DNA of 64,000 nucleotides from Microthyrium microscopicum. Its lineage: Eukaryota. Positions 58,903-64,000 of the stretch are shown here, in pieces. The notes under the pieces were generated by a model. It saw only the letters and a program-made list of their open reading frames with translations. It was not told where the DNA came from and searched no databases. The stretch spans positions 324,316 to 388,315 of the forward strand of contig MU004240.1 of assembly GCA_010405405.1 (NCBI GenBank), read 5' to 3'. The translations under genes were made by a program, and so were the position numbers. Every line of letters begins with the position of its first letter. The first letter of the stretch is position 1.

Positions 58903-60075
58903 CTAGCCTGTTAGCTGTGCCTTACGCAAGGGGCGAACAAAGGAGCGAATGTCTTCAGCCATAAGCTTCGGTTCCTCAGCCGCTCCGAAATGCCCACCAC
59001 TTGGAAACACAGTCCATTGGCGCAAATCACTATGCGCCGCAACAATCGAGCGCGGCTTGTACATGAGATCCTTGGGCATGATAGCCACAGCAGTCGGGAC
59101 ACTGATCTCAGGCTTTACATCGTTGACCAGCGCCATGGGCATGTGGAATCCAGAAGCTCGGCAGAACAGCTGTGATCCAATGAAACTATTGGTGAACCAG
59201 TACAGAGAAAGATGTGTAAGCAGCGTGTCTTTGTCGAACTTGGTCTCTACATCTCCATGGCAATCGCTCCAACTGCGGCGACGAAGCAGCATCCATGCGG
59301 CTAGGCCCACAGGACTATCGTGCATCGCCCACGCGAGGGTCTGCGGGTCAAAAGTATTGATCAAGACGTGGAAAAAAGCTCCTGGTCCTCTGTCTTGCCC
59401 TTGAACCAGAGCGCTCTCTTCAGGCGTGAGATCGGCCATCCCAGCCTCATGAGGCACTCCTGGTAGAATGGGAAAGCTTAAATGGACACCCATGCCTGAC
59501 TCTGGGTGCGCATGTCCAAGTCTTGAGCTCACAAATGCTCCAGCATCACCTCCATGTGTGACGAATTTCTCATAGCCTAATCCGTGCATCAGCTTGACCC
59601 AGAGATCGGCTGTTTCGGCATAACCAACAATTTGTTGGGGCATAGGCTCCGAGAAGATGAATCCTGGAAGCGAAGGAACGATAACATCGAATGAATCTTT
59701 GGGATCACCTCCATATGCAGCAGGATCGGCCAGCGTCATGATGATGTCTTTGAAGTCCCAAAAGGTCCATGGCCATCCGTGGTTAAGTATGATGGGGACG
59801 GGGTTGGGTCCTTTGCCGCGCACATGAATGAAATGGATGGGCACTCCATCAATCTCTGTGCGGAACTGTGGGAACTGGTTGATGCGCGCTTCTTGTGCAC
59901 GCCAATCGAAACCGTCTTTCCAGTAATTCAAAAGCTCACGTAAATACGTGCCGTTGACACCGTAGGACCAGTCGTCATTGTTAGGCTCGGGTGCCCAGCG
60001 AGTGTTGGCCAGGCGTGTGCGAAGGGCTTCTATCTCGCCTTGAGGGATGTTGACCTGAAAAGGCTCAATCTTCAT
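58903..60075 (-). CDS. Epoxide hydrolase (EHN-domain, microsomal type), intronless, bacterial-like
   Basis: PFQVNIP..LRTRL, FDWRAQE..N.FPQF, IHFIH, HGWP oxyanion motif, PSLPGF, nucleophile GGDAG, DSPVGL and catalytic GGHFGAAEEP. Confidence 0.92.
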   Translation of the reverse strand: MKIEPFQVNIPQGEIEALRTRLANTRWAPEPNNDDWSYGVNGTYLRELLNYWKDGFDWRAQEARINQFPQFRTEIDGVPIHFIHVRGKGPNPVPIILNHGWPWTFWDFKDIIMTLADPAAYGGDPKDSFDVIVPSLPGFIFSEPMPQQIVGYAETADLWVKLMHGLGYEKFVTHGGDAGAFVSSRLGHAHPESGMGVHLSFPILPGVPHEAGMADLTPEESALVQGQDRGPGAFFHVLINTFDPQTLAWAMHDSPVGLAAWMLLRRRSWSDCHGDVETKFDKDTLLTHLSLYWFTNSFIGSQLFCRASGFHMPMALVNDVKPEISVPTAVAIMPKDLMYKPRSIVAAHSDLRQWTVFPSGGHFGAAEEPKLMAEDIRSFVRPLRKAQLTG

Positions 60076-61684
60076 GGTGGATAATTGCTGAATGTCCCTC
60101 AAGCTGTCTGGACTTCTGCGATGAGGCTGTAGAGTTATAGGTTCGAATCGGGGTAATGTTTACTTTAGGCTCGACTTGTACAAGAGTTCGAAGCGATGAG
60201 ATATGAATAGACCAAAGTTTTACACACCTGGCTGGAAGGATAAAAAAAGGAGAAGAGCATTTGGCATTCGCTGGATGCTTGGGATCATTGTAACTTACTT
60301 GATATGCATCCAACTTATACACGGTGATAATGGTAGGCACCTTTCAAAACCTCTGGCACGTTATCTGAATCCTGAATCAAGGAAGGTTCAGGAATACTTT
60401 GGAAGCTTCGAGATTGCCATATGCCTTAGTTGTCTGTGCTCAGAGACTCAGAGCACAAGAGTGGATTTAGAACTTTGAAGAACTTCGCAGATTGAGATTG
60501 CCATTGAAAGGTCAGGATTGATCTCAATGCCCCTTTGAGAAATATATTAACTCGTTACGACTCATTGTAAGCTGATCTCGGTAGTCTTACAGTCCAGAAA
60601 CAAATGGAAAGCTAGGAAATCTGGACAATAGTGTTATGTTCCAACTGGACGAAGGTGAGGGTGGGAGATTCAATGTTGAAAGGTGCCTAAAAGATGAGAC
60701 ACGTGATTGCAGAGCGACCAAAACATAGAATTCAGGGGCAGATATTGACCATAATCGGGACGCTTGGACAAATATGTTCTCCTCCGCTTTGATTATGGGG
60801 AATGCGACGAGTTAATACGGTGTTGTACAAACATAATAATGTGGCTCTTCTTACCTGGCTGAACGGGACATCTCGTAGACCTTGGCATCACAATAACTAA
60901 GAGTATCACGAACTGGTGAAACGAAGCGGAGAGACGTCTTACGTATGCCAAGAACTAGAGTCTGACGTGAGATCATAGTCTCTCTGAGCTGTTACATAAG
61001 TCTGTGTAAACTGTTTGAAGGAGGGCTACGCCGTGGTCTATGGCGGACAGACATTGCGTGGATTCACACCCCGAGCTTCAACAGATGCAATGATCTTGCT
61101 GGAACAGAAGACATCTGTGACCATCATGGAACGGCTTATACTCTTGTCACAGTAAAAAAATGTGCAGTTATATAACCTTGTCAATGGGAGAACGCTTGGA
61201 ACATGGGATGCACTTTACGGATGAGATGAGCATTATCATGTATGAAGGATTGGCATGATATTGACCTCGGGATCAGTCATAGTGACCAGATAGAAAGAAG
61301 GCTAAGTCTGCTGTCGGAAAGGGTGATGACTCCATTAGACTGATCTCAAGAACATTTGATAAATGATATATGCTGATTAGGACTAAGCAAGGCCATCTAT
61401 AAGTTGATACAAACGCTGGGCACTTGTACTGCAGCTAAATGATCGCCGATAATTCAACTAGTGTGAAAGAATACAATCATTCAAACTAATTTTGGTTACA
61501 AAACTTCAACAGATGTCGTTCAAGTGCTCATCTATCCATAATGATCTAGGGATATCTATCGCGTGTTCGATACAATCAATGGCGAATCTTCAGTCACTCT
61601 GCATAACGTTAACTTTTTGGCTTCTGATACTTTATAATATCTCTCCGTTTTCCTAACAGGTAGGTCCAATGTCTTTTCCTGCCT

Positions 61685-62677
61685 CTACTGAGCTGTCTGC
61701 TTTTTGATCATGGCCGCCACAATCTCCTCCTGTGTCGTCAACTCCACCGGCGGAAGCAATTCATTATCCCTCTTCTCATACAACGTCCTCCCAGAAGCCC
61801 AAATACGCCTCAACGTAAGCGCACCTGCCATCGGTTTCTTCTCCGCATACAACTCCTTCTCCAGCGCCTTCATCTCCTCCACCGACGTATACGTGACCTC
61901 CCATTTCGCTCCCGTCTGCTTCTCAAACTCCGCCAACAACTCCTTCGGCGTCGTCGTAAATGAATTCACACGCAGCGGACGCTCTTTACCCACCTCCGGT
62001 CTCTGCACCGAAGCCGCCAACAGCTTCCCCACACTAAAAACACCCGTTAGCATCACAACCTTCCAGGACACAGCAGATGATACTTACTCAACCATACTAG
62101 TCAAGCTAACCTTTCCACTACCATCACCTTCCAAAGTCGCCGTCTTCGCAACAGCATCATACCCACCCGCCCTTAAATCCCCACCAGCTTTAAGCCCAAT
62201 AAACGTATCCGCATACGGCCCCGTCACCAAATACCGCACCTGCAGCCTCTTCACATTCTCCCTCACATACTTCCTCACCCGCAACTTCGCCTGATGCGTC
62301 GGCTCATCTCTACTCGTCTCATCATATTCGATATCAGTCCCAAACTCACTCGGCCAAAACCACTTGACATTCAGCGTCCGCTCAGCGATTTCCAAAAGCT
62401 GGATCTGCAGATCTATCCCCGGTCGTCCGAGCGCGCAGACAATCGTGTCGATTCCTTGGAATGCGCGTTCAATGTCGGTGGCGGATGTGACATCGGCGAC
62501 GACGATTTTGATTCCTTGGGCCGCGAGGTTGTCGAGGATGGGCTTTTTGGAGACGGAGGAGGCGGATGAGGTTAGGATGCTGAGGGAGAAGTCGCCTGTG
62601 GCTTGGAGGCTGGTGGTGATGGGTTGGCCGATTAGGCCGGTTGCGCCGATGATGAGGATGTGTTTGGGGGTGGACAT
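61685..62677 (-). CDS. NmrA / isoflavone reductase family NAD(P)-binding protein, 2 exons
   Basis: IIGATGLIG, FWPSEFGTDIEY, EPTHQAKLRVR and VTGPYAD; intron 62034-62087. Confidence 0.9.
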
Positions 62678-64000
62678 TACTGTGGATGGTTGGCAGATTC
62701 TAGGGGGTAAATTTCTGATTCCTGGCTCTGTGGCGGGATGTTGTTCTTGGCGGATGTTGATATTGGATAAGAGACGTTGGATTTTGCTAAGGTTGGTGAG
62801 ATATGGTCACTGGTAAGGTCGAGGGGGATGGCGAGACCGAGGTTACAGGTTATGTACCGTAGCTTATCTTCTTTGTGCAGGTTTAGCTAAAATATTGAGA
62901 AAGGGACTCAATACTGTAGAGATATATCACCAATCACAATCATAGAAGGAGCTTTCATATATGAGGAAAAGGGATCATTAGCTTACAAGAAAGCTTCACA
63001 CAATTAGTAAGCCTCAAAGTTGAAGTCTTAAATAGGATTAGCTAAACTTGTATAAAGAAGATAAGCTACGGTATGAGATTGCGTGGATCTCCGTTGAAAT
63101 GTTAGTAGGTATCCCAATATTGACGAGATGGAGAAATCTGAGAGTAAGGAAAACGTTGTTTGCGAAGTCAGAGTGAGAAAGTGAGATTGCGATCCATTCC
63201 ATTGGGATTTTGGTTTCTCAATTGGCACGAATCATGATGATCCTAGATATCATTCGGACATGATTAACGCAAAGACTACCGTAGTAACAAGATTATGTAC
63301 ACCGTTAAAGGATCAGTTATATTGCTCAGAGATAGTATGTATAGACATTCGTCATAAGTTCACGTCAAACTGTTAGAGAAATGATGCGTCAGTACACAAT
63401 AGACTCTAGATGGAATTCCCTATAAACTTCGATTGATGGTGTCACGGACTGGATGTCAGAGCATTATCTAAACGCATTGAAAATGAAAACTACCATCTAC
63501 GGGAATAACCATCTTGTCAGCAGAGCAAGGATGTACCACCAGATGCCAGGAACACAAAAACGGAATGTCGGTAGATGGGCCAAGCCCAAGGCGAAGGCAG
63601 TCATCTTGCATACTTAGATGTCAGTATTTTCATATTGATTCATGTACTACTACTACCAGTCTTGGAAGTGTTCGACATGTAGACTAATAATGTCGGCATT
63701 GAAAAGTTTGCATGATGCTTCGTGCAAGAGCAATGAATATAGCTTATTAGTCTTACTTGAATATATATTCCATATCTGACTTATCGACTAGGTGTTGTGA
63801 TAAGCTGCCAAGGAGATGTTAAACTTCCAAGCATATGAGCAAAGTCAAATCGTAATCTGTAGCATGAACACCCTTCTCCAGTCCATTGCCATGGATCTTC
63901 GCCTAGAACAGCTAATACAAAACAAAAAAGACCTTGAGTATATACCCACGCGACCACAGAATGATACAGAAAACAGTCGTGACCATAAGATGGAAGAATG

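Noticed and set aside
60140..60152. GGTTCGAATC resembling a tRNA T-loop / B-box
   Set aside because: No T-stem, anticodon arm or acceptor stem can be formed around it.
60500..61400. Possible decayed coding sequence upstream of the epoxide hydrolase
   Set aside because: No ORF of 60 aa or more in the track and no family motif seen by eye; BLASTX would decide.

Overview
Eukaryotic, intron-rich DNA from a filamentous ascomycete (Pezizomycotina-type GT..CTRAC..YAG introns of about 50 bp, RIP signature). About 24 protein genes can be rebuilt by splicing the ORF track. Housekeeping genes: peroxisomal MaoC dehydratase, Sch9 kinase, Rsc7/Npl6, a GprM-like 7TM receptor, HRI1, a UFD1-domain protein, GDS1-like, OMS1-like, a sarcosine/pipecolate oxidase-family enzyme and TBP. 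Accessory-looking genes: a GNAT, two tandem DUF3605/Gig1-like paralogues, an AA9 LPMO, an SDR, an F-box-like ORF, a CYP65-like P450, DUF1989, DUF2235, an MFS transporter, a bacterial-type epoxide hydrolase and NmrA. There is also an FAD-monooxygenase pseudogene. Mobile DNA comprises one 2.7-kb RIP-destroyed Mutator element (long TIRs, 10-bp TSD) and three small TIR elements (MITE-like), at least one of which escaped RIP. The most interesting candidate system is a head-to-head pair: an F-box-like gene with two alternative Cys-rich C-termini, and a UFD1 paralogue carrying zinc fingers, an AZUL-like motif and a UBA-like tail. All family assignments come from motif recognition by eye; no database searches were run.
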